This document shows, piece by piece, positions 26,534-38,281 of a stretch of DNA of 64,000 bases. How positions within the stretch are numbered: position 1 is the stretch's first letter; every line of letters starts with the position of its first letter. The notes under the pieces were generated by a model. That model had not been told where the DNA came from. It was given only the letters and a program-made list of their open reading frames with translations, and made no database searches. The position numbers and the translations under genes are program-made. This stretch comes from Curvularia clavata (taxonomy: Eukaryota): contig CP089277.1 of the NCBI GenBank assembly GCA_023920165.1, positions 3,720,001 through 3,784,000 on the forward strand, written 5' to 3'.

Positions 26534-26854
26534 CTCAGGTGGTGTAGGGAGTCGCGGGTCACCGGAGTCATTCGTACAAAATGCCTGGGATCAGGAGGGA
26601 AAGCCCATTTCTGGGAGTTGTCATGTTATAACAGCCATGGCTTTGGGCGCACAAGTCGGACTGAGCCGTGCGGAAACAAGGCAAGGGGTTCATTGTATAA
26701 ATGTCTTCGTGACCAGCAGCTTTTCAGTCATGGTCAGCCTGGTCCGGCCATAGAATTCGAGCACGTAGCGTGTTGTTGTCTTTGTATGGCCATGTCGCAT
26801 GGCCATGTGAGAGATGGCGGCCGTCGGGTGCAGGTGACCAGGACTAGAATCCCG

Positions 26855-26879
26855 TTATCAGCGGCATGAGGGCTTATCG
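26855..26879 (-). promoter_or_regulatory. Tandem HGATAR sites, candidate AreA/NIT2 binding sites upstream of urease
   Basis: ttatca (26855-26860) and cttatcg (26873-26879) read TGATAA and CGATAAG on the minus strand, about 160-180 bp before the urease ATG. Confidence 0.45.
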
Positions 26880-27035
26880 CAAGCACACCCCACTAAATGC
26901 CGTAAGCGGTGAAGACCCCAATGCGGTACAGTGAGATGGGAACCGGACTGGAGCTGTGGCTGCAAAAGGAAAACTGCGGGAATCTGTATCTTCTTTACAA
27001 ATATTCCTGCCAAAAAGAAATCATAACTTGGCACC

Positions 27036-29859
27036 ATGCAGCTGTGTCCCAAGGAGGTGTGCCACTGGTCGACATCCCTCATGGTACCTGACCAACCCTG
27101 CTAACCATGTGGTAACAGCTTGACAAGCTCGTCATCTCACAGCTTGGCCTGCTTGCCCAGCGTCGCCTGGCACGAGGCGTCAAATTGAATCACGCTGAAG
27201 CTACTGTATGACGGACGTGCACTCGCACATGCACTGCTAACAGTCCCAGGCCTTAATTGCAAACAACCTCCAAGAAGTACAAGCCCCTCGTTCTACCCGC
27301 GTGTCTCCGCTCTCAGGCTGAACGCATACAGCTCATTCGAGATGGCAACCATACCGTCGCCGATCTCATGTCGATTGGCAAGACCATGCTCGGTCGCCGC
27401 CATGTGCTGCCTTCTGTCGTCTCTTCGCTCGCCGAGTTGATGGTTGAAGGTACCTTTCCTACGGGCACGTATCTCGTCACCGTACACCATCCTATCGCCA
27501 CCGACGATGGAGACCTCGCAAGAGCTCTATACGGCTCTTTCCTGCCTATCCCCACGAACGAGATGTTCCCTCTGCCCGATGCAAGCGCATACGAAGACAC
27601 AAAGCAGCCGGGCGCGATTGTCGCAGTCAAGGGAGAGCGTGGAACCATTAAGCTGAATGAGGGGCGCAAGAGGATCAAGCTCAAGGTGAAAAGCATGGGA
27701 GATCGGCCAATCCAGGTACGTTAGCGATGTCACACGAGATCCAAGTGCACGCGACTCATGACGATAGGTCGGATCGCACTACCACTTTATCGAGGTCAAT
27801 CCCCAGCTAGAGTTCGACCGCGTGCGAGCACATGGGTACCGACTTGACATCCCCGCCGGAACTTCGGTGCGATTCGAACCTGGCGACACAAAGACCGTTA
27901 CTCTTGTTCAAATCGCCGGCCACCAGGTTATCAAGGGCGGGAACCAGATCGCTTCAGGGTTTATTGAGGACTTGTCGGTTGCTAATGGCATCGTGGAGAG
28001 GCTACAGGCTGGAGGTTTCTTACACCAGCCCGAGCCTGCTGGCGATGCGGCCCACATCGACATGTGCACCATGGAGCGACAAGCCTACATTTCCATGTTT
28101 GGCCCAACAACTGGTGACTTGGTGAGGCTGGGTGCTACCGATTTATGGATCAAGGTGGAAAAGGATATGACCAAATACGGCGACGAGTGCGCATTTGGAG
28201 GAGGCAAGACGCTGCGTGAAGGGATGGGTCAGGCTGCAGGCCGATCCGACAAGGAAACTTTAGATACTGTCATTACCAATGCCCTTATTGTTGACTGGTC
28301 TGGTATCTACAAAGCCGATATTGGAATTAAAGATGGCATAATCGTTGGCATTGGAAAAGCAGGAAATCCTGACATTATGGACGGCGTGGATCCTAAGCTG
28401 GTAATCGGAGCCTGCACCGATGTCATAGCTGGAGAGCACAAGATTGTAACAGCAGGCGGTATCGACACGCACATTCATCTGATCTGCCCACAACAAGCGC
28501 AAGAGGCTATAGCATCTGGAATAACTACCATGCTTGGCGGTGGTACCGGACCTAGCACTGGTTCGAATGCGACGACGTGTACGCCTGGTAAGACGCATAT
28601 CAAGCAGATGCTTCAGGCCATTGACGAGCTTCCTCTAAACTACGGAATTACGGGCAAGGGCAACGACGCTGAAGTACTTCCACTGCAAGAGCAGGCCGAG
28701 GCTGGCGTCTGCGGTCTCAAGCTACACGAGGATTGGGGATCTACGCCCGCAGCTATCGACGCTTGCTTGCGTGTTTGCGACGAGTACGATATCCAGACGC
28801 TGATCCATACCGACACGCTGAACGAGTCTGGTTTCGTCGAGTCTACTATTGCAGCGTTCAAGAACCGGACAATTCACACATACCACACTGAGGGTGCTGG
28901 TGGAGGCCACGCTCCCGACATTATTAGCGTAGTCGAACACGACAATGTGCTGCCATCCTCGACGAATCCCACTCGACCCTACACCCGCAATACACTAGAC
29001 GAGCATCTCGACATGCTGATGGTCTGCCACCACCTCTCCCGCAACATTCCTGAAGACGTCGCCTTTGCCGAGTCGCGCATCCGCGCCGAAACTATTGCCG
29101 CCGAAGACGTCCTTCACGACCTGGGCGCCATTTCCATGATGTCGTCAGACTCGCAAGCCATGGGCCGCTGCGGCGAAGTCATTCTCCGCACTTGGAACAC
29201 AGCACACAAGAACAAAGTGCAGCGTGGTCCGCTCAAAGAAGACGAAGGCACCGACGCAGACAACTTCCGCGTCAAGCGCTACATCAGCAAGTACACTGTC
29301 AACCCGGCCATTGCCCAGGGCATGAGCCACCTTGTCGGCAGCATCGAAGTAGGCAAGCTAGCCGATCTCGTCCTCTGGACTCCCAACAACTTTGGTGTAA
29401 AACCAAAATTGGTGGTGAAGAGCGGCTTCTGTTCATACGCTCAAATGGTACATCCCCCTCCCTATTCCCTATTCCCTATTCCCTATTCCCTATTCCCGTT
29501 TCTCCCACAAGACAACCACTAACATGCAATACTCCCAGGGCGACCCCAACGGCTCCATCCCCACCATCGAACCTATGATCATGCGGCCCATGTTCGCTCC
29601 GCTCGTCCCCGCCTCAAGCGTAACCTTTGTCTCACAGGCCTCCATCGCCTCGGGCACAGTGGCCTCGTATAATCTACGTAAGCGTGTTGAGCCCGTCAAG
29701 AATTGCAGAAATATAGGAAAACGCGATATGAAGTTTAATGATACCAAGCCCAAGATGAAGGTGGACCCGGAGAGGTATACCGTCGAGGCGGATGGAGAGG
29801 TGTGTGTGGCGGAGCCGGCTGAGACGTTGCCGTTGACGCAGGGGTATTTTGTTTATTAA
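27036..29859 (+). CDS. URE1: Urease (single-chain gamma-beta-alpha fusion); 5 introns
   Basis: [91 protein letters not shown] and SSDSQAMGR; Ni ligands present. Confidence 0.98.
29460..29497 (+). repeat. Heptamer tandem repeat (CCCTATT)x5 in last urease intron (29448-29538)
   Basis: Five perfect CCCTATT units plus CCC. Confidence 0.9.
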
Positions 29860-30084
29860 GTGAAGAAGGGATTTTTTGGTCGCTTTGTTCTCGAGCTTTT
29901 TTTTCCTTGTTGGTCGTTTATAAGAGACTGGATATCTGTTGTACCTCACGCATACGCAGACGCAGACGCATGCGTTTACGATGAGATGATGATTTTATGA
30001 GATTGTAAAAAGTCTTATCTTTATATCCATTCTATTGTGCTTCCTATTTTTCCAGCCCAGAGAGTATAAGTGCGCTGTCCAACA

Positions 30085-32105
30085 CTACACTATACAAAAC
30101 GTCTCCTCTTTGTCCAAAGGGAACATGGACTCACCAACGTCCTTCCGCGCAACTATAGTCATAAACCCAACTCGCTCGTATGTGTTGCTGTCTTCATCAC
30201 GCTGCCTTAGTACCAAGCACGGATATGAGCATGGCCCACCATAGCTGAAGGGTGTTTTCGCCATGAGAAGTGTCTTGAAGCATGTCCCCTCCTCAAGCCC
30301 TTTACTAGACCGTCTTTTAGCATCAGACTCACTTGTTCTACAATCCGGATACACCTCAAGCCGGATGGCGAGAGCTTTCCAGACAGTGCCATCTGGATAC
30401 ACAGTGACACGTTCGTCTGTAAGGGGAATCCATGGTTGCTGAATGGTTGGGAGAAAGCAGCGACCGCGCAGAGTGATTGTGGCGGAAAGGATTTCTCCGA
30501 ATGCATCTTTGCATGCTAGCTCGACTTCTGCTGACGTGCAAGTGACTAGTGGGTAGAAGTATGCGACATTCCTTTTTAAGCCCCATGTCACGGCGCCGAG
30601 GACAGACGCCCAAGACCATGAGGGTGCGCGCCATTCTCTAGGCCCAACATTCTTTGCCTCACGGTACCATAGCAAGTCTGTTATCAAGCTCGTTTCCCAG
30701 AGGCCTGCAAGGTAACGAGATTTTATGTAAGTGGAAAACATCTTGCTCATGCCTTGTAGAGCAGGAAAAATATCCTTTTCATAGGTGAGATGTTGGTGGC
30801 TATACTCCTCGACAACAGCCCACCATATGTATGGTTCAATGTCGTCTTTGCCTATAGAGAGACTGGAGTTCAACCAATGAGAGCCTAATCTATGAAGGTT
30901 GGAACTGTAATAATGTGGTACAGAGCACTCACACTCGCGCCTCGACCTGCAGTCCCACAGGAGTTCATTGTGTGCGAAGTGCAGGGTCCGTGGAGAAAGC
31001 ATCCGTTCTTGTAGTGCCCATGCACGATCTAGTAAAGGTGCATGCCCATCAGGTCGTCCGAAATCTTGCATCCCTGGTCGAATGCACAGGTGCGACTTTG
31101 AGCCTTTTTCGTCTGGATATGTGAGGCGGAAGAGAGGGCGGTTGGGGGTGTGACGAAACAGCCGCCTGATGCGTCTCGCGATGCTGTAGCAGCGAGTGTG
31201 ATGTAGGCACCAGAGTAGATCTGTGACATTTTGCTTCCTTCAAAGCGCCAATCCTCGACATCATCTTGGATAATGCATAGCGAGTCAATCCAGAGGTGTT
31301 TCAGACCAAGACGGTAGGTGAAGGAAATGGCCTGCCGGAATGTGAGCGGGAGTCGCTTCCACGATATGCTTTGTTTATGGTGTTGCAGAGTCGCTTTAGT
31401 TGTTCTGATGATGTGCTTTTTGCCCCAACAATGGCTTAGACAGGCGTAAGGCACTGTCTCCCTGTTGGATTCATAGAGCTCGACTTGCTGTGGTCCCCGG
31501 ATCAGAAGAACACGAGACGGTAGAGGTGACTTTGAGTAGTTACATGACAGATGTGTTTCTTCGCACTCGCGTAGCCACAGTTGTGTGCGTTTGATTGCAT
31601 GATTAGATCCAGTATATGAGGAGACTTGGAGCTCCTGGGGCAGATGCGGTATGTTCCAAACGTGTTCCTGAGCTAAGGAGAATCAGTAGATACAGTGATG
31701 CAGCAGGAGGTAGGACACACTGTGTGGTGAGTAAACTTCGCAGTTACGGCCATACATTGCATGAACCGTTACCTCTATGCGTGACTGCTCGGATTTAAAT
31801 CTCCATGAATGAATATTTTCATGTCCAATATCATGATTGATATGATGGCGTATCAGTGTCACAATGCTACGCACGACCATGCAGCCAGCACAGCCTCGTT
31901 GTGCAGACGCATCCAACTTGTCCATTTCTTTCGAGCCAAGGTGTATACCCTTGGACCACGAAAGGATTCTGCATTCTCCGCACGTCTCTGCTTTTGCATA
32001 TGCGTTCCTGATCAGATGGCGATTTGATGGGTCGTTTACGTTGGTGTTCGTGTCCCACCATGAAGGGGATCCCAAGTCGGCTTCATGAAGATGCTGATCA
32101 AGCAC
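30085..32105 (-). pseudogene. HET-domain (heterokaryon incompatibility, TOL/HET-6-like) gene with an apparent frameshift near 31144-31148; intron ~31673-31720; start uncertain
   Basis: WLRECEETH, LPSRVL, PYACLSHCWG, LPLTFRQAI, HLWIDSLCIIQDD..DW..EGSKMSQIYSGAYITLAA are in one frame. PLLDRAWALQERMLSPRTLHF, YLAGLW, RAPSWSWASV and YERVG are in the next frame. Confidence 0.8.
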
Positions 32106-33014
32106 AGCCTCGCATGTTACGTTAGGAGAGCCGGGCGGGCTTTAGATTAACGGGAATATGTCAAGGCACTGATGAGGATAAACATGAGTAAACCAAAGCG
32201 ATGAAGAGCATGCGGGGCGGATAGAGCAAGTGGGGGATTAGGCAACACGACATTTACCATTTTAGGTACACGTTGGGGGCTGAAAGCCATGGTGCCAAGG
32301 CAAATACGTCTGCTATTTTGGTTATGCATGAAGGTAAGTAGATATGGCCAGAGAGCTCGTATGCTCTGATCAGAGGCAGTAGAGACAGCAGAGACAGTGT
32401 GCGTAGCATGACGGCGACGCAGGTAGCAAGTGCTGGGGTGCGATGTGTAGTGAGCCGTTGTAGCCAAGCTGCAGTCAAGAAACCAGATTTAGGTTTTCAA
32501 ATTTCCGAGAAGAATGGCATGAAGGACGAAAGCTCATGGGTTTGCAAAGCGTCAGAGAACAGGTTGGTAGAGTCTAGTATGAGAGCTGAGTAGGTTAGAG
32601 GTTACGGCGCACCACCGGAAGGCGTGGAGTGTCTATGGCCCGTGCGTCTTCTTTCTCCGTGAGGGGTCGGCGGGAGGCACTACCACACAACGCTGCAAAG
32701 GCTTGTCGGCTTGAATTAATTTTCGAGTGTAGCCATATTTTTCGGCTCAGGTTGAAACAGAGAGTCTTCGGTTTGGAATACGCTCCCGGCCCCGTCGTAA
32801 GATACGGCGTCGGCAGCGCTGAGCGGGCCCCGTGGGGCGGGGACCCGAAGTCGTGTTGCAGCAGTTGATGGTGGTAACAGTGGTGGAATAGTGTTAAGCA
32901 AGGGATGTATAAAACCACGACGGCGCAAACCATGGGGAGGTATAATCGCAGCATCGAACGAGAGTTCACTCCAACCTCCATCACAAAGTAATTCAATCGG
33001 CATCAAAAGTCACC

Positions 33015-33624
33015 ATGTTTGAGAAGAACAAACTCCAGCCTACCTTTGAGGGTGCGTCACGTGAGATGGACCGAGTGCGATCACCTTGGCTAACTAATTG
33101 CAGATGTCATGGGCTGCCAGTCGGCATGCTACGAGTGGGCAGACAGCTACGATAGCAAGGACTGGGAACGTCTGCGCAAGTGCATTGCGCCGACGCTGAA
33201 GATCGACTACCGGTCGTTCCTGGACAAGATGTGGGAGGCGATGCCAGCTGACGAGTTTGTGGCGATGGCATCGGATCCTGCGGTGCTGGGCAACCCACTG
33301 CTCAAGACACAGCACTTTATCGGGGGCACACGGTGGGAGAAGACGGCCGAGGACGAGATTACGGGGTACCACCAGCTGCGGGTGCCTCACCAGCGATACA
33401 CGGATGAGTCGCGGGCGACGGTTGCGGTCAAGGGCCACGCACACAGCTTCAACACGCACTGGTACAAGAAGATTGACGGCGAGTGGAAGTTTGCCGGGCT
33501 GAACCCGGACATTCGGTGGTACGAGTATGACTTTGACAAGGTGTTTGCAGAGGGCCGGGAGCAGCTGGGCGAGGCCAAGGCTGCTGCTGGCATCCCGGAG
33601 AAGGCGCCCGGGCTGGCCATGTAG
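33015..33624 (+). CDS. SCD1: Scytalone dehydratase (DHN-melanin pathway); intron 33052-33103
   Basis: [36 protein letters not shown]...IDYRSFL...LKTQHFIG...HQLRVPHQ...GHAHS...WKFAGL. Confidence 0.97.
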
Positions 33625-35303
33625 CGGCGAGCTGAGAAAGTCTGTGTGTGAAGTAGGGAATCAATCAAGTTATTTGCGTGTGCATGTCGTATCGAGATGA
33701 AATGGTGATGTGTAGACTGGGGTACCGGAGCCCTGGGACGGGGGCAAGGGCCGGCGGCGAGGGGGACCAAGAGGATTAGACATGGCGGAGCTGCGTGTTG
33801 GCTACACAGAGATGGAGGGGCTGGACGGGCCCACTGGCACCCAGCGGCTGGGACGTGAGTCTGTGGGTGGGCGGATGAGTAAGGAGGAGAGGTGCAGGTC
33901 TAGGAGAGGAGCAGGCTGGGCGGGCGGGCGGTGAGACGGGTGGGCGAGAATGGAAGCATGGCCCCAGGCGTGTGATTCGGCCGGAGGGAAATGGCGGTGC
34001 AGCGACGGGGGCCAGTAGTAGAGGACAGGTGGATGTTGTATGCATCGAGTATGGTGTAGTGTAGTGTAGTGTCGTGTACGTAGATAGGTAGGTAGGCATA
34101 GTGTAGAGATGCCCCGCTCGCCAGCTGCAAGTCATCCAGGCCAGGGGTGGGGACCAGACGCAGCCAGGTCAAGCCAAAGACAGGCAGCAGTTGACGCACA
34201 GGAGATCCCTGTATCGATCTCCAAAGCTTGTGTCCGCCCGATCCAACCTTTCCCCTCGCTCTGCGCGTCGCTACCGAGCGCCGTAAAAGCTAGCGGATTC
34301 GCTCGGCAGCACATCATCTGCCTGTGCCCTCCTCCCTCCAGCTCTTCTACCCCACCCACCGACCTCTCTTCCACCCTCCTCACCTCACCTCGCCAACCCG
34401 CTCTCGACTCCTGTCGCCTCTTCTTGTCTGCTTCCCTTGTGTCTTCTGGTGTTTGGATTCCATTCCCCCCTCCGTGTCCTTGAGTCTTTGCGGTACGTAT
34501 CCCCCCGGCGCGCGCACAATTTTCATCTCTCGCCTTGGCACTGCATACTCGCTGCAGAACGCGCACAATCAATTGCCATCCCCCTCGCCCAGCGCCCGTG
34601 CTGGCCTTCATCTGCCCTCAACGCCCGCTGACGTCGCTGCTCTGCACGGACTTGGCTGCCTCGCATCCTGCTCTGCTGTCTGTGTGCGCTGCTGAGGGTA
34701 CTGTTGCATCCCAATGGCCTCGTCGCCGCCCTCTCACCACAGCCCTCGCCGACGTGCATGGTGCTCATGAGGATGGTGTCGTGACCTGGCGCCTCCCCGC
34801 CCACCCCATGTCATTCATCCATCGCCCTGGGCCTTCCTGCTGACTGTCCCCCTAGATTGCATTCGAGCCTCCTCACGGTCACTCTTTCACTGCTCTCACC
34901 TGCTCGAGTCCTGTTCCCAGGCGCGCAATCCGGAGTTATTGTCGCCGTTTGTTCCGAGTGCCTCCTAGCTTACTGGGCTCATTCCTTGGCCGAGCAGCCT
35001 TTGCGCCTGAACCCGTCATCAGCGCACACTCTGCATCTTCGCCAGCGACGCTTCCCCAGCTGCCACTGAAGCACTCCCTCCCACAGCGGTAAGCCTCCGC
35101 CCTCCCCTCGTTTGATCCTGCTTCCTCCTCTCACCTTGCCCCCGCTGCCTAACTTTTTTACCCGCCCATTCACCGACGCTAACAATTGCTTTTCGCGCGC
35201 AGGCATATAAACCACTGTTACACATCTCCATCATAATTAGAGCGCCCACCCCTACTCCCTACCTCCGCCAGTTCAATCGATTACCCCGCTTGATCTATTC
35301 ACC

Positions 35304-36832
35304 ATGTCTTTCAACAACGGTTACGGCGACCAGTTCCAGGGCCCACCCCAGGGCGACATGAACAACCCAACCCCACAGCCCGGCGACATGGGCCAGCCCA
35401 TGGACACCTCCGGCAACGGCTTCCCTCCCCAGGGCAACATGGGCCCTCCAGGCAGCGCCGGCGGCGACGGCCAGGGCCAAGGTGCCGGCAAGACCACTCT
35501 CTGGTGAGTCGATGCATGCGCCCCCACCCACATTTGCGCGCACCCAACGCACAGTGGCGACGCTCGCACCACCCTCACATGGCCATGACGCACAATGCTA
35601 ACAATTGCGCAGGATGGGCGAACTCGAGCCATGGATCGACGAGAACTTTGTCCGCAGCATCTGGTACAACATGGGCGAGACTGTCAACGTCAAGATGATC
35701 CGCGACAAGTTTTCCGGGTAAGCACGGGATCCTGCACCGCAAAGGCTACAGGCTAACTACCGTACAGCAGCAATGCCGGATATTGCTTTGTCGACTTCGC
35801 CAGCCCCGACGCCGCCGCCAAGGCGCTCAACCTTAACGGACAACTCATTCCCAACTCGAACCGTCCATTCAAGCTGAACTGGGCCTCTGGTGGCGGTCTC
35901 GCCGACAGGAGGCAAGTCCTTTCTTCCACATCTCCAAATGCAATGATTGCTAACACTCAACAAAGCCGCGATGAGCGTGGCCCCGAATTTAGCATCTTCG
36001 TCGGCGACCTGGGCCCTGAAGTCACCGAGTTTGTCCTCGTCCAACTTTTCCAGAACAAGTACCCCTCGACCAAGTCTGCCAAGATCATGTCCGACCCAAT
36101 CAGCGGCATGTCGCGCGGTTATGGATTCGTCCGCTTCGCCAGCGAGGAAGACCAGCAGAAGGCTCTGACTGAGATGCAAGGCGTATACTGCGGCAACCGT
36201 CCTATGCGCATCTCTACTGCTACGCCTAAGAACAAGAGCGGTGGTCCAGGCGGCCCCGGTGGCATGGGTATGCCCCAAGGTGCCGGTGGCCCGGGCATGG
36301 GCATGTACTCCATGGGTGCTCCGCCAATGGGTAACTACTATGGCGCTCCCCAGCCCATGAACCAGTTCACCGACCCCAACAACACCACCGTCTTCGTTGG
36401 CGGTCTGTCTGGCTACGTCACCGAGGACGAGCTCCGCTCCTTCTTCCAAGGTTTTGGCGAAATCACATACGTCAAGATTCCTCCTGGCAAGGGATGCGGT
36501 TTCGTCCAGTTTGTGCAGCGCCACGCTGCCGAGATGGCCATCAACCAGATGCAGGGCTACCCCATCGGCAACTCTCGTGTTCGTCTCAGCTGGGGTCGTT
36601 CCCAGAACAACTCCGGCCCAGCTGGTACCCCGTACCGCCCTGCACCACCTCCACCCGTCCCCTTCGGACCAGGAATGGGCATGCCGCAACACCCCTACGG
36701 CGGCGGCGGTGGTTACGGTCCTATGATGAAGGTAAGACAATAGCATGTCTGGAGAATTCACATCTCACAGCCCTACCTCTCTACATCATTCCCCCGCTTT
36801 GCTCACTGACAGTACTAACTCTCCTACAGTAA
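35304..36832 (+). CDS. Nam8/Ngr1/Csx1-like triple-RRM RNA-binding protein; introns 35504-35612, 35718-35767, 35912-35965 (GC-AG), 36732-36829
   Basis: KTTLWMGELEPWIDEN, GYCFVDF, FKLNWASG, FSIFVGDLG, SRGYGFVRF, DPNNTTVFVGGL, KGCGFVQF and VRLSWG. Confidence 0.9.
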
Positions 36833-38281
36833 GCCCATTCTTTCCCTCTGTATTGCTTGCAAGGCGCTTCATTCATGGTTAAATCCCGTTGGCTTTCCTG
36901 CAACGACCCCTTTCATGACTCGGCATGACGATTTCGAGCGATTTGGTCTTTAGTTCTATAACGGGCGGTTCTCTAAAAGTTCTCGACTTCTTCTGACGAC
37001 ACCATCTTGCGGGAGGGCCATAGAGGGGAGTCTTTGTATAACAGGCCATCCATTCCCCCACTCGGACTTTTCTTTCAGAGCGTGCTACTCTTCTTTCGGG
37101 GAGCATCTATGGGATGTAGTTAGTCATGCATGGGTCGGGTGCTGCTTTCTGTCAAATGCCTTTCTTTTACCAGTTGCTCTCTGCGACTAGCAGGATTGGC
37201 TATCATTCCAATCACACGATTCTTTTATTTTTTGCGTGTTTGGTTGCGTGCTTGCTTGGTTGCTTGGTTGCTTCTTTGATTGATTCATCTAACTTTTTGG
37301 TTCCCAGTGCATCCTAGTGTGGGTTTCTTTTCGCTTGGTCTGCATCTCGAGAGTCTGGCTGGCGTGTCTATGGTTTGTTGCCTTGTCGACACTCTGTCAG
37401 CGTTTTGCTAACGTTGATTTGCGCAGTCCTTCGCCTTGATCGTCTCTGGCCAACAATGGCTTCGTCGGCTCGCAAAACGATACTTAGGTTACGACCATTG
37501 CCTCGGCCACGACTAGGATACACAACGACGAAGCAAACAGTCTTCAGTCTGTCGTGAGCGGTTTCACTCACTTCGCACTGCCGCGACCAAGCGACCCAAC
37601 CACTTCCTTTCAGCAGCACTTCATGTCCCTCTCTCGTTCACCACCAAGTCCACGTTGACTGTGTACGCATACTATCATGTTTGACGGTTGGCATGGCGTT
37701 GAGGAATCATTCCACGGATGTCTGTGTACAGTACTTTTGGACAAGGGATCATAATGTTTCAGCAAGGCGTCTGGCGAATAAACACAGGAGCGAGATACCC
37801 ATGTACCAATAGTAGGAAGCTTCCCCCAACGTGATACTGCTCTTAATGCCATGACGTAGGTATTGTCTTGTTTTGGACATGCGCCTCTTACATGGACTTC
37901 ATATGCATTCCTTTCTTGCGTTTAGTTAATCTCCAGAAGAATATTGCTGGACAGATTGGTTCCAATCTGCCAGTAGAATGTCCTTCGACCGTTCAGCTCA
38001 TAAATACAAACCAGTTGGAATTAAGATGCCTACTGCTCCTGTGTTGGCACCACCACGTGGCTATCACGTCAGGAATGTGAAGTACCTAGTCAGCTACGAT
38101 GTGATCAGTATAACCGCAACATTCGTACCTTCCCATGGCATTCCCCGGTTCTGTCCGCTATTGCTTTGCTTTCAGCCTACAGCCATGCCTCCTCTCCTCG
38201 TTCTACCCATATCAACTTCAACCCAACTGCCAGTTGCTCATTGTTCTTTTGGATCTGAACAGCACCAATCACACGCCTACC

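Noticed and set aside
33015..33624. Melanin biosynthetic gene cluster
   Set aside because: Only SCD1 is present; no PKS, THN reductase or Cmr1-type regulator in the window.
35757..36761. 334-aa antisense ORF over the RRM gene
   Set aside because: Same codon-bias shadow effect; no recognisable domain.
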